Below, piece after piece: positions 52,361 to 64,000 of a stretch of DNA of 64,000 nucleotides. How positions within the stretch are numbered: the first letter of the stretch is position 1; the number at the start of each line of letters is the position of its first letter. Source of the stretch: Carcharhinus longimanus (taxonomy: Eukaryota). The stretch is from assembly GCA_030264375.1 (NCBI GenBank), contig JASCQW010000190.1:29552179-29616178 (forward strand), read 5' to 3'. The position numbers were made by a program, and so were the translations under genes. The notes beneath the pieces are model-generated. The model was not told the origin of the DNA. It saw nothing but the letters and a program-made list of their open reading frames with translations, and ran no database searches.

Positions 52361-55300
52361 CCACACATACTGCCTGGTGAAAGCAGCACTTCATGATTTA
52401 GTTATTTTCCTTTTTTAGTTGTAAGTAAAAACCCCCATAAACATTAGTAAATGTAATACAGAGAAGAACAGAATGCTCAAAGCTTTAACGTCACATCATC
52501 TCAGTTCTAAACAAAATGTTGCTGCAATTAGCAGAATGCCTGTGGCTCAATTGAACCTTGCAGCCGTTTTCACATATGCAGAAATCCCATTTGACAGTCC
52601 TGATAATCTGTTATTATGGAGTTATTCCACAATGAAGGAGGATATCTATACTGAATAAACAGCAGGGGACTGGATACACAATGATATCTGTTACAGGTCA
52701 AGGGATCTTGCAGTGGAACTCAGTGACCTTGTGCCAATGGCACCCATGTTCTGAAGGGTCAAATGGTATACATTTTCAAAACCTTGTGTTAATTAAAGAG
52801 TGTACTGATATTACATTCAGTATTTAGAAGAAACGAATAACAGGATTTTTACTAAACTTTCAACAAAGTCATGACGCTGGAGCAGAACCAGATCCACAAA
52901 ATTTTCTGGACCTTGTGTAAATACATATCGTCAGCTCTCATGTTTACTGTTGTACAACCTCGGATTGTGTTTGCACGATTTGAGGTGTTGTACACTGAGT
53001 GTTAGCTTGTACATTCTGTTGGCCAACAGTGATTAATATAGGGTATCTTGCAATACCAAAGGCAACCAACGGATTGAGAATAAAATACACATCCAATTAT
53101 CCAAACTGCTCTGGAGGCAGCCCTTTGCTTGACAAAGATAAATCAGAGTCTGGAGAACTGCAAGTCAGTTATCAAAGAGTTAAAAATGCTACGGGCACCA
53201 GTGTGGTTCGTCAAATCTAGAGGTTCTAAGGAACAAAAATTGGTTACAGAGGAGTATCCTGTACTGATTGCACTATCCTTTGCTGAACACTTATGCATTA
53301 GTCAATATGAATGCTGACCATTGTCCTTGGGGAGATATGTAGGTATGGATAATTCTGTTTAACTAAAAATGCTGGTAATGTCCTTTCTCCTGGGACTTTG
53401 ATTCAGGCTATGTCCCCAGCCATTTGCCTGACCCTGAAGAAAGGGGCATTTGCTGCTAAAATGACATTTAAACTATTAAGTGTGATTACCCTCTCATTGT
53501 CACAAGCTACAAGCTCAATACATTTACAGAAGGGGTCATTGTACAGAAGCAGTATCACTTGAAGGAAGTGATACTTCACTGCCCTGAATTGCAATTAATG
53601 GGGCAGGGAGGAGAGCACTGCAAGCACTGAGTGATTAGTACCTTGTCAGTTGTGTACTCAGCATATACAATATTGTGTATACTTTATAGAGAATATATAG
53701 TGTTAGAGCGGGAGCTATCTTATGCTTTATCATTTAATGTCTTAGTAATCTGATCTGCTTGACTGAAACAGTCCTGGTCAGAATGGACATGTTAGTAGTG
53801 GTTATGTCCAATCTTGAGTTACATTTTCTGCATTCTACCTGTGAAAAATGTTTTTAGATGTCTAAAATGATTTGCACATTTAGCAACTCAACAGCACACA
53901 TTCTCTCATATTTGCATTTTAGACATTCACTTTTCTATTTCATATTGAAGCACTCCTTGTCAATGATTGTGTTTCAAGTTAAATCTGAGATTAAATGTTT
54001 ATCTTGTAATTTTATTAAAAAAAACAGCCACTGTTGGCTCAAATTTTATTGCAAACAGGATAAATGCTTTTCAGTAGTTCATAGTGCAGCCATGTTAAGT
54101 CAAATTAAACTATATGTCATCTAATAACATTGTACTTGAAGGCAAAGATCTCAAGTTAGTACTTGGCTATTTTAAGAATACACAGTATTGCTACAATTAA
54201 GTGGCCTTTACATGTTAAAGCCTGAAGATTTTTGGCAGTGGGCAGAGTACACTTGCTTTAAATCTGTGGGTAAGTGCTGAATGCAGAAGAGGAAGGTGTA
54301 TCAGGAAACACAGTAAAATTGTCAGCTTTTCTGAAGGTACAGTCGCCTTGGTTACGCCTCAGTGGCCATGAAACCGAGTCTGCAAAAGCTGAAGAACTCA
54401 GCTCCTGAAAGCCTCATCAGGACTTGTCATCGCTCTAATGAATATCATTTAAATTGCTTTGTATATTGGAGGAGTTTGGATGTCGATTTAATTTGCGCAT
54501 GTGTTTGAGTTCTTCTGCTTGGCTAGGCTAACAGAGAGTAACAGTCTAATGAAAAGTGAGTTGGTGACAGTGTGATGAGCCAGATCCCAATCAGACTTGT
54601 TTGAAGGGTTATTTTGACAGAGTATAGAAGTCAAGAAAGTAGAATTAAAACAGGATGCATCGATTTCTTGTGTTTTCCCCATATTTCTCCATTAACTTTT
54701 CTTTTTTCCCCTTCTGTGTGGAAGTTATAATTTTCATAATTTTTTCGAAGCTTTCACTGCATTGATCTAATGTTTGTGATTGTGCTTAGGCACATATTGA
54801 GGGAATTGTTTAGGAGTATTAAAATCAAAAGTGGCCTCTGAAACTAATGATATGACTTTGCTAAATATCCCACTCACAGCAAGACGTGGTTTGAATTCTT
54901 TGATCTCAGCATGTTATTTTGTCAAAAATGTTTTGTGCAAACTAACGAGGTCGTTTGTCACTTAAGTTTGCAGCAGAATTATGTAAAAATTGATGCATTG
55001 TTTTTGTATTGTTAATAAACAGATGTACACAAGCAGATACACACAACTATGTAAGAATCTTCAGTGTGCAGATTGCATATGCTGCAGTTTCTTCCGCTTA
55101 TTCACAAATAATTCACATTTGTGCTTATGTGTGTTTATATTTTAAATACAAAAAAATACATAAGCTGACTATAATATGTAAGAACATAGTTATTTTTTCT
55201 TTGTATGTTTTAGAATCTGTCTTCAGTGTGATGTCTTCCTGAAAGTCATTATAGACAGCTCACAGTGCATTATGACAGAAAGCTGCATAGTGTTAATTGG

Positions 55301-58300
55301 ACAGGAGATGATAGAATGGGAACATTTGAAGAGTAAGGCTGATTAGCTTACATTTTCTGTTATCTAGATATGAATTGCTGAGATTAAAAGTTGAAGAAAG
55401 AATAAAATTTGAGATTTTTAATAATCAGAAATCAAATGGAACTCTCAAACCAAAGTAGGGGGGGGAAGAAAATCATTGAACTGAATTTTGTTTTTGCAGA
55501 AGCTATCTCTGACATATGGATGATACTCTGCTGCAGTAAGCAAGATCCAATGTCTTTACAACATTTAGAATTCAGAAATAAAATAAGTGCACATCCTGGC
55601 TTCAGTTTTTAATTTATGTTCATTAGTGATCCACAAACTAAAAACACACTTCGGAAGCTATTCCAAAAGTCTGCCAGATTAAGTCTAGTCAGGCAAAAAA
55701 AATTAAAACAATTTTGTTTGTTACAAATACTAAGTTTGGTTATTTGTACTATGATGACTTGACTGTCATGTTTACTCAGATCCAAATTTAGACCTTTTCA
55801 TATCTTAACCGGATCAAATGGATGACTAAAAAAAATGTCGAATTTGAGCTATAAACTTCTTTGCATTTTATTATATTATAGAGTATTTGTGTTGCTGAAG
55901 AACTTTCTCGTATAATAATTAGAAACATCTTTTTGTTGACAACACTTACAGGCTTGTGGTGCTGCGTGATTTAATAGTGTATAGTGTTTGGCAGATTCAC
56001 AGTTTTACCTGTATTTTAAATAGTCATAGGCAGATTAAAATGGACTAGGTAAAATATTTTTCAGAAGTAGCAACGCAACGGCTGTCGGAGGCTGATCCAA
56101 TCACATTTTGATTGGCTAGAGAATTGCTGTGAGCTTAGCTAACATGCAGGTTGAAATGGAAGGCAGTCTCCCAGTGCGTAATTAAATGATAAGTTCATAT
56201 TCATGGGACAATTGTAAGTTACTGAGTCTGTCATAGACAACACCAAAAATAGTCAGTCTCATGATGAATACCCTTATTAACAGCTACACTGCTCCCTGTT
56301 CATTGAATCTGGCCTGGGAATACTATGAGATGAAGCCCTGTTTGTAGAGTGTGTCCCTGTAGATCATTTAAAAAGAATCTTGGGAAAGATAAGGGAGAAT
56401 CTGATCCCTAATCAAAACATAACATCTTTACAATTTGATAATAATAATATAAAGCATATTTGCCAGACATGAATGAATTTGAGCATAAAAATAATCCACA
56501 GAAATATAATCTTTATATAACAAAACATTTTTTTATAATTTACTAGCAATTATGTCTTAACCACATGATTGATGATTCCGTAAGAATTTCACAAATTGCG
56601 ATTAAAATGTGTAGGATATGCTACAGTTTCTTGGAGTTATTTTAAAACGCTGGTGCAAGAATTTCAAATATTGTGCTTCTGACTGGATTTCCAATGCTAC
56701 AGTTTCCAACAATCTCAACCAGAAAAAAATTGCAACAATGAGAGGTTGGTAAATATGCTAAAACTCACGTCAAGTCAGGAAATTAATTGTTATTGTCATT
56801 TCAAAATGGTCAAAAGATGAGGCATCTTTAACTCCTTTATTGCCAAAGTTGCCATTTGACGCTGTTGCCACAGTATTCCTTGATGCTAGTAACAGATCAG
56901 ATGATGTCAGGTGTGTAGGATGGGGGTAGACTGCAGTAAAGTGGCAACCCAGTGGGAATCTGTAGAGTATGACTTAATACAAGAGTAATAACACTGGTTT
57001 CTTTTAGGACATTTGCAAGTTCTATTGTAACTACACCCCAGATTTTCCTGATGTACATGGAGGATGAACAGTGCTGCTTTCTGTCTGAATGCAAAACCAG
57101 AATGCCATTAGGTTAGTGTGGCACACGCAATAAAATTCTAATCAATTACTTCAAATGGTGCTAGTTTTACAAGATCAAGTTTCATCCCATTTTCTTATTT
57201 ATTCAGCATTATCCACATGCACAACAATCAGCAAATCAACCTAATAATAATTCAACTATAACTCTAATTCCACAGGGGGAAGACATTAAATGGGTTCAAA
57301 TAATGGAAGGCTCTTTGTTGTAAATTGTGTATATGATACACTAATTAAAAGTCAGCTCTTCATCCATTTGCAACCTGTTTCAACTTAAAGCAGAAGTTTG
57401 CAAGTATTAATAGAGCCCAAACAGCATCTGGTAGCAGTTATTCATAAAAGCTGAATATTAATTGCAAGAATTATGAATAAAATTTGGTTCATAATTTGTA
57501 AATATAGCATGTATCACTCATTGAATATCTAGCACGGGGGTGATAAAAATGGAGGGTAATGGAATGCTTCCTCTAGCCTTCGCAAGAATAATGTGGGTCA
57601 TTGACACTCTGGGTGTCCCCCATTCATTAAGGCTGTTCATTAATTGGGCCTATCTTTCTACTGGCCAGGTAGGTCTCTGGGTTATTCGACATTGTGTTAG
57701 GGAAGTGCAGTGGAGCACTTGTTTCTGTCATGCAACTCACCACTTATTGTTAACAAGGCCTGTCTTCCAAAATGAACTGAATCTCAATCCCACTGCATGT
57801 AGTGGTGGACAATCGACACACTTCACTACAGGGTCCTTGATAGTTGAAATCCCCTTTTTGCGTCTTTGTGCACACTGGTGTGTATGCTCATTAGAGTTGA
57901 CAATTTCAGCTCCCACAAAACCCTATACTTTTCACTTCTCAAGTTATGACAACATAAGGCTGTATCAAGTCAAGTAAAGCCAGATGCAAACCACAATTCT
58001 TTCTAAGTTTCCTACTAATGAGTCCCATCCCTTTACCTTGTAATATTACCTGCTGCATGGGTGTGCTTCTTTACTAACATGCTTGGTTATCTGTGGGGGA
58101 GAATGTCTAATTAGTGCCAGTTTTGGCATAGTTTTATGGTCGACCTTGTGCGCAACCCAATTTGCATAAGTGAAAGTCAACACTGCGGTGTGATAATCCC
58201 ACCAATCCTCTTATGCAAAAGGTCCATTTATGACTTTATTTTAGTATAATTCCACAGGTCCTCTTGTATTAACAAAATAACAGTTAACCATCAAGACAGT

Positions 58301-61300
58301 CAAGGTCGGACAAAAAGCAACTCTTTCCATATACATTCTGGGCAGAGTAAGTATTCATAAGTGGCTGGGGGCAGCCTGTTTGAGCTTGGAACTCACCAGG
58401 AGAGTCGAAAGTCTAATATCTACAGAGGCCAAGTGTGATCACCTTGGATCTTCTAGAAACCAGGTTGTACAAATCTATTATTTAATAGTAATAGTCATTA
58501 TTAGTTATTGATGTCTTGAGTAACGAACTTGCATTCGGACGAAACATTTGAGCTTGAATCACTGAGGAATCATTTAATTGAGGGTAAGAGATTTCCTATC
58601 ATTTTTTTCAAATGTCATGTTGTACCTTAATGTACCTCTTGTATGAGGATATAGTATACGTAGTATATGCTATGTAACCCCAGTTTGATGTATAGAGGGC
58701 CATAGGATATTTGGCTTTCTAATGTAACACATTTCACATTGCAGAATTAGCCTAAATCGCAACCTGATACAAAATGGCCATAATTTGTGGACAGCAGGAG
58801 GTGTTTTGGTTCCATCAGATCTATGCCTCCTTACAAATTTCACTGAGATAAAGGATTAATTACTTAACCTGAAACATTAAATAGAGTAACACTTCACTTC
58901 AAAGTTGGAAATGCCCTCAGAATGATGACATTGCTGCATTATGAATTAATAATGATACCATAAATCTTCCATCACATTTCCCCCAAAAATTGCAAAGTGG
59001 TGAATTCTAAAAGAATATGCACTGTTATGCACATAACAGTGAACACCCCCTAAGTCCTTGTCCAGTAGCCTGTCTCTGCCAGATGGTTCAATTTCAATGG
59101 TTTTTTTCAAATTTGACCAACAGCATCCTATTGCAGCAAAGCATAGAATTTTCACTTATCGGAGAGGGAAATGTTCAAGAGAAATAAATTTTTAAAAGCT
59201 GTCAGGTCTACAGTGTTCGAATGCTGCAACATTAGTTTGCAATTTTTTTCCAAATGTTGTGTGCTCTAATATTTCAGAATCAGATCTGGTTACAGACCAG
59301 GTAATCTATCTGGAATCGTTGGATAATTAACAGTCATGCAACAGTGTAAAACTAAACTAATACAAGATACCGTCTCCTCAAGGTCACACCTTTATTTACT
59401 GACAAATTGAAACAAACTTAAAATGCAAATATGTTAAAGAGAAACACTGCTTATTACAACTATTACTGCAGACATATCGCAACTACCCCCCGTCCCCCCC
59501 CAAACACACATATAGAATTGGTTATTTAGCTGCAGATGTGTTATTTTATATTACGTTATTTATCTGCGATTGTAATTAGATCACTACACTATGGATTCAA
59601 ACAGTCCATACAATGAAAATGTAACACAAGTCTCAGCCCAGCAAAAGGAAACACCACTGTAGATTTCAGTTTAAGCAGATTCATCTTCAGTGTTGAAGAT
59701 AAACCAGACTAGGTCAAAAAAAAGAATTACAGATGGTCAGAATAATAATTCAAATAAATTTGTTTTACATATATTCACTGTTCATTATAGAGTGTCATAA
59801 ATCATTATTTACCCAGGCGATATGTATGGCCTCTGTTGCATTGCTTCTTTCTGCTTGATTTGACCTAGGTCAGAAATCGTGGAAAATAACCTTTAATATG
59901 TTCTAAATGACCAGTTTGTAAAATTCAAATTGCACGGACACACATGGTAAAACTGAGAATATTTTTGTAAGTGCAGTAAGGTGGAAAGAGCATTTCACAA
60001 ACTAAATTCAAAATGTGATAGTACAATGAACCCGTTAGCTTAGTCAGGGAAACAGACACCACCCCATAGCAGCGGCAGCAGCAGCTACAGTCTACACAAA
60101 TAAGCATGTTGCACAATAAATACCAGTCATTGCTTTAATTAGGAATTCAATTGCAGTTGGAAACCACTTGCCTCCAGTGAGATTATACCATTTAACATTT
60201 CTATTAACATTTTTAATCGCTCTTCTTCGTTTTAATTTACCCTGCTGTGTTTTCATCAACACATGTAAAACCTCTTGTTTTCTCTTTTTAAAACATTAAT
60301 TGTACGAGAAAACTGTGGTTGAGAATTTTTTTTTGAAAGGGATGTAATTTACGGAGGTGTTCATTTGGACCTGTATTTCGCAGACTTTCATGATGTGATG
60401 CTTGTCGCATAGGTGTGAAAAATATAACTCAATTAACAAGAGAAAAAGAAATTCAGACTAGTCACTCAACCTTATTTGGATTCACACAGGTCAGGATGCT
60501 AGGAAGAATTTAGAAGTGCAGCAAAACCAGAGGGCCACCTCAGAGTGACAAGATAGCATTGAAATAGTTTACGGAATGGATTGAGATTCCTGTCTTTCTC
60601 AATGTTAGCAAAAGTATAAGGCTGAATACGAAAGCAGTGACGTAATTAAGATATAACCTAGTGTTGTGAGACTTCTTACTATAACTAAGATTCATCAGAA
60701 TAGTAATTTTGGCCCATTATTCTGTAGGGCCCTTTTGTTCAGAGAATAAGACTGCTGGATGTTTCTTCAGAAGGAACTCTTCAAATGCAGATAATAAAAA
60801 TACAACAAAACTTACTTCACCTTATAAATCAAAGAAAGATTTAATAAAGAAACTGAATTACTGCAAACTTGGGGCCTCGCCTTGGGCCATTCCAAGTGTC
60901 TCACAATTCTAAACAGGTTCTTATTTATAGTGAGTTAGCTAGTCATCATTTTGTAATTGGTTCTATGGTTTATTGGGTCAGCTGACCCATAACACTTGTT
61001 GCCATTGGTCACATTACATCCAATACAAACTTGTCACCGGTAACATTCTAACACTGGAGTCTTAAAAGAATTTCAATACACTGTATCGGTTGGAAAATCA
61101 AGCATGGATTCAGATCTAATTTTGGACAGATTTGTTTGCAGAGTCCTGCATTCCAAATTTGGTGCGTCACATTCTCTTGGATGCAGACAGATTTGAAATT
61201 TGGTTGCAAACGGATGTATAAATGGTACATTCATTTCTCTCCTTGAGCATGAAAAAAGATTGCCTTTGTCCATAACCAAACTTAATGTCCCAATTATTGA

Positions 61301-62284
61301 TTGAGTTTCGCCTGCATGCAGAGATGCTAAAGGACAGTGAGAGCGTTCGGAACTTAGTCAGGGTCATTTTCACTTCTCCTCATCAACCACTAAAACGATA
61401 AAATAACAACAGCGAAGCAAAATACCATTTGTTTTTAGAAGAAACCCTTCTGACGGCCTGGGAAAAAAAAGTGAACCATAGATCAAACCATCTCATCTTA
61501 TGAAGGTCACAAAAGCCCTTACAATGGTATTAGAAGCAGAGATTTGTATTTGAAATTTTAGCAAGAGAAATTAATTGGTCCTTGCTTGTCAAATATAACA
61601 CACCAAAAAAGTGGGGATTTCTAGTAATTATGACCTTTCCAGACAGCAACAGGTTTAAGAGTTCCATAACATAATAGCTCTGCACATACTCGCACAAAAT
61701 AATGTAGCAAAATGTAATGAATATTCAGCAAAAAATAAAGAAAACAGGCAAACAACCAAGAAAAAAAGCCAGAGCAGAAATATTAAGGTGAGATAAATCT
61801 CAAGGCCCATTGTAAACTTGCTGTGGTCCAGTAAGGAATTCGTACAATATGTGACAGCATGTGGCTTTTACTGTGTTTACATTCACAGATAACTCATCCG
61901 AACTGGATGTGGTATCAAAGCATTCACATTCATCTGTACTCCACCATTGAATGTCAGATGGTTTGAGATAACCAGCCTAGCAATTGTGCTGTTTCTCTCT
62001 CGGCAACAAGTGTACATAAATTCAGATCAGCTTATTTACATCAACTGATTCAAATCTTCCTGTTTCATGGTGACCTTTAAGGCAGAGTTCAGAGTGGGGA
62101 GTTACGGGTTCAGTTTTCTGTGTGCAAGTACACTGCAAATGCAAATTTAAATTTGCAGTCTGAACTTGCATGGCTATATTTAAAAGAACTTACACTTTAT
62201 GTAGAACCTGTCAGAGATCCAGGATGACCCAAACTCTGTGACAGCTTAATAAACTACACTGGATCTGCAGTCAAAAGTTGCAAT

Positions 62285-62560
62285 TCAAGGAAGCGCACAA
62301 GACAATTTTATGCACAGCAATATCCAACGAACAACAAGATCAACGACTAGATAAACTGTTTGTGACATTTAGTGCCAGAGGATTTTACATGTCTGCCTGA
62401 GGGAGTGAAAATGGCCTGGGTTTAACTGCTCACCTCAAACACAGCACCCCCAAACTGTGCAGCATCCCCTCAGTACTGCAGTGTGAACCAGCTGACATAC
62501 TCAAATCTTTGAAGTAAGGCTTAAACCATTAAAATTTTGAGTGAAGTGTACCATCACTGA
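62285..62560 (-). mobile_element. DeuSINE-like element
   Basis: ggcctgggtttaactgctcacctcaaacacagcacccccaaactgtgcagcatcccctcagtactgca resembles the reverse complement of the recalled Deu domain. Confidence 0.65.
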
Positions 62561-62610
62561 GACAAGTGTGCTATCCCTGATGTAAGTTTATTATCCCTGA
62601 GGCATATGTT

Positions 62611-62980
62611 TTGATTTGATTTGATTTATTATTGTCATGTGTATTAGTATGCAGTAAAAAGTATTATTTCTTGTGCGCTATATGAACAAAGCATATCGCT
62701 CATAGAGAAGGAGAGAGTGCAGAATGTAGTGTAATAGCTAGGGTGTAGAAAAAGAACAACTTAATGTGAGGTAGGTCCATTCAAACGTCTGATGGCACCA
62801 GGGAAGAGGCTGTTCTTGAGTTAGTTGGTATGTGACCTCAGACTTTTGTATCTTTTTTCCAGTGGAAGAAGGCGGAAGAGAGAATGTCTGAGGTGCGTGG
62901 GGTCCTCAATTATGCTGGATGCTTTGCCAAGGTAGCGGGAAGTGTAGACAGAGTCAATGGATGGGAGGCTGGTTTTGTGT
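62611..62980 (-). mobile_element. Rex1/Babar-like LINE 3' end
   Basis: (gattt)n tail and close similarity to 33237-33600. Confidence 0.82.
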
Positions 62981-63609
62981 TACCATTTGAGCTAACTGTG
63001 TGATCCCTGAGCTAAGTGTGTTATCCCTGAGCCTATGCTGATTTTTAAACATCAAGCCACACCTATTTGAAGTGATGGAATGAAAAGCACTTGGAAATGT
63101 AGTTGTGTTCCAGCAAAGCTGTTGTAAGATGAGTAAAATGTATCTGTAATTTTCATCCTCATATTCAGCTGGAAAATTTACATCAACATTGTAAAATGAT
63201 TGATGTCTCCTTGTTTAAAGTTCATGGATTGGTTCACCAATGGGTAAATCCCTGCTGCCTATCACTTAGTACAGGTGATTGCCTTACACAGCAGAAACAG
63301 ATACGTGAGTCTAGCCTAGTTTTGTTTGGGAGGATCCATTTCAGGTTGCAAGCACAGCTTGCACTAAATCCACAGAGCCAAAAAGATATGTTTTAATATG
63401 CACCTCTGCAGTGAGCAAGGTGGCATGTTGGGGGTTTTAAAGTGAGTCTTTCAGTTTCTTGGTGGATCTATTTTATTAGCATTTTTATTTCCATGTTTTT
63501 CATTCAATCAAGATCAGCGAGTAGGGTAACAACCAGCATTTCAACTCCAGTATTTAGAAGGACAATCCAAAGAAGCGAGTAGGAAGAGTTTGTGTTGGAA
63601 AGGAGACCA

Positions 63610-63830
63610 AAGAGCAAAGCAGCTGCACCTTGCTTCACAGGTCCTGTTTCCCCTAGGATATGCTGCTGTGAGGAGTAGGAGGTACATGTTACTTTCTCGT
63701 ACTGTGAGGAAGACAATTGCAGCTGTAACCAACAAAGTATACATGGAGAGATGGCAGAGGAGGTTTTCAGCAATGTCACACTCATGGTCCCAGTGCAGGA
63801 AGAGATTTAAGGTCTAAACGGGATAAGAAA
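63610..63830 (+). pseudogene. Second decayed Myb/SANT-like domain of a Harbinger-like element
   Basis: AAAPCFTG / AAVRSRRYMLL..RKT..VTNK / MAEEVFS / SWSQCRKRF across frameshifts. Confidence 0.6.
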
Positions 63831-64000
63831 GCAGAGAGCAGGGCATATTCAGGCATATTCTGATGTTCATACCATCCTAATCCTCTGACTCTTTCGATTC
63901 CAGCAAACTCCAGAACCTCACTCCTAACACCTTATTCATCCATCCCTTTCTGTCAGTGCATTTCCACATATCCTCACCTATTCATCCACCACTGGCATCT

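Noticed and set aside
52029-52418. Six overlapping His/Pro/Thr- or Gly/Val/Cys-rich ORFs
   Set aside because: Artefacts of a GT-rich low-complexity repeat that lacks stop codons.
62565-63035. Short repeats as a possible CRISPR-like array
   Set aside because: Vertebrate DNA; the units are adjacent without unique spacers and there are no cas genes.

Overview
This is eukaryotic, not microbial, DNA: a vertebrate locus, almost certainly a shark, judged from its HE1-type SINEs and CR1-type LINEs. The only convincing gene is the large terminal coding exon of TSHZ3 (teashirt homolog 3, + strand, splice acceptor 46177-46178, stop 49391-49393). I found no exon 1, so positions 1-46178 are most likely intron 1. 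That intron is dense with decayed transposons: V-SINE/HE1, other tRNA-SINEs, DeuSINE, CR1/L2/Rex-type LINE ends, Penelope-like ends and PIF/Harbinger-like elements with MITEs. About 19 kb around and downstream of the exon is nearly repeat-free. I found no evidence of a new coding system. The most notable structures are an inverted copy of local unique DNA captured inside a SINE, a palindromic Penelope-like insertion with a degenerate hammerhead-like core, two decayed Myb/SANT Harbinger genes (one sharing an exact 14-bp terminus with a MITE), strong antisense bias of the intronic SINEs, and a candidate cassette exon. Repeat family names come from recalled consensus sequences, not database searches, and repeat boundaries are approximate.
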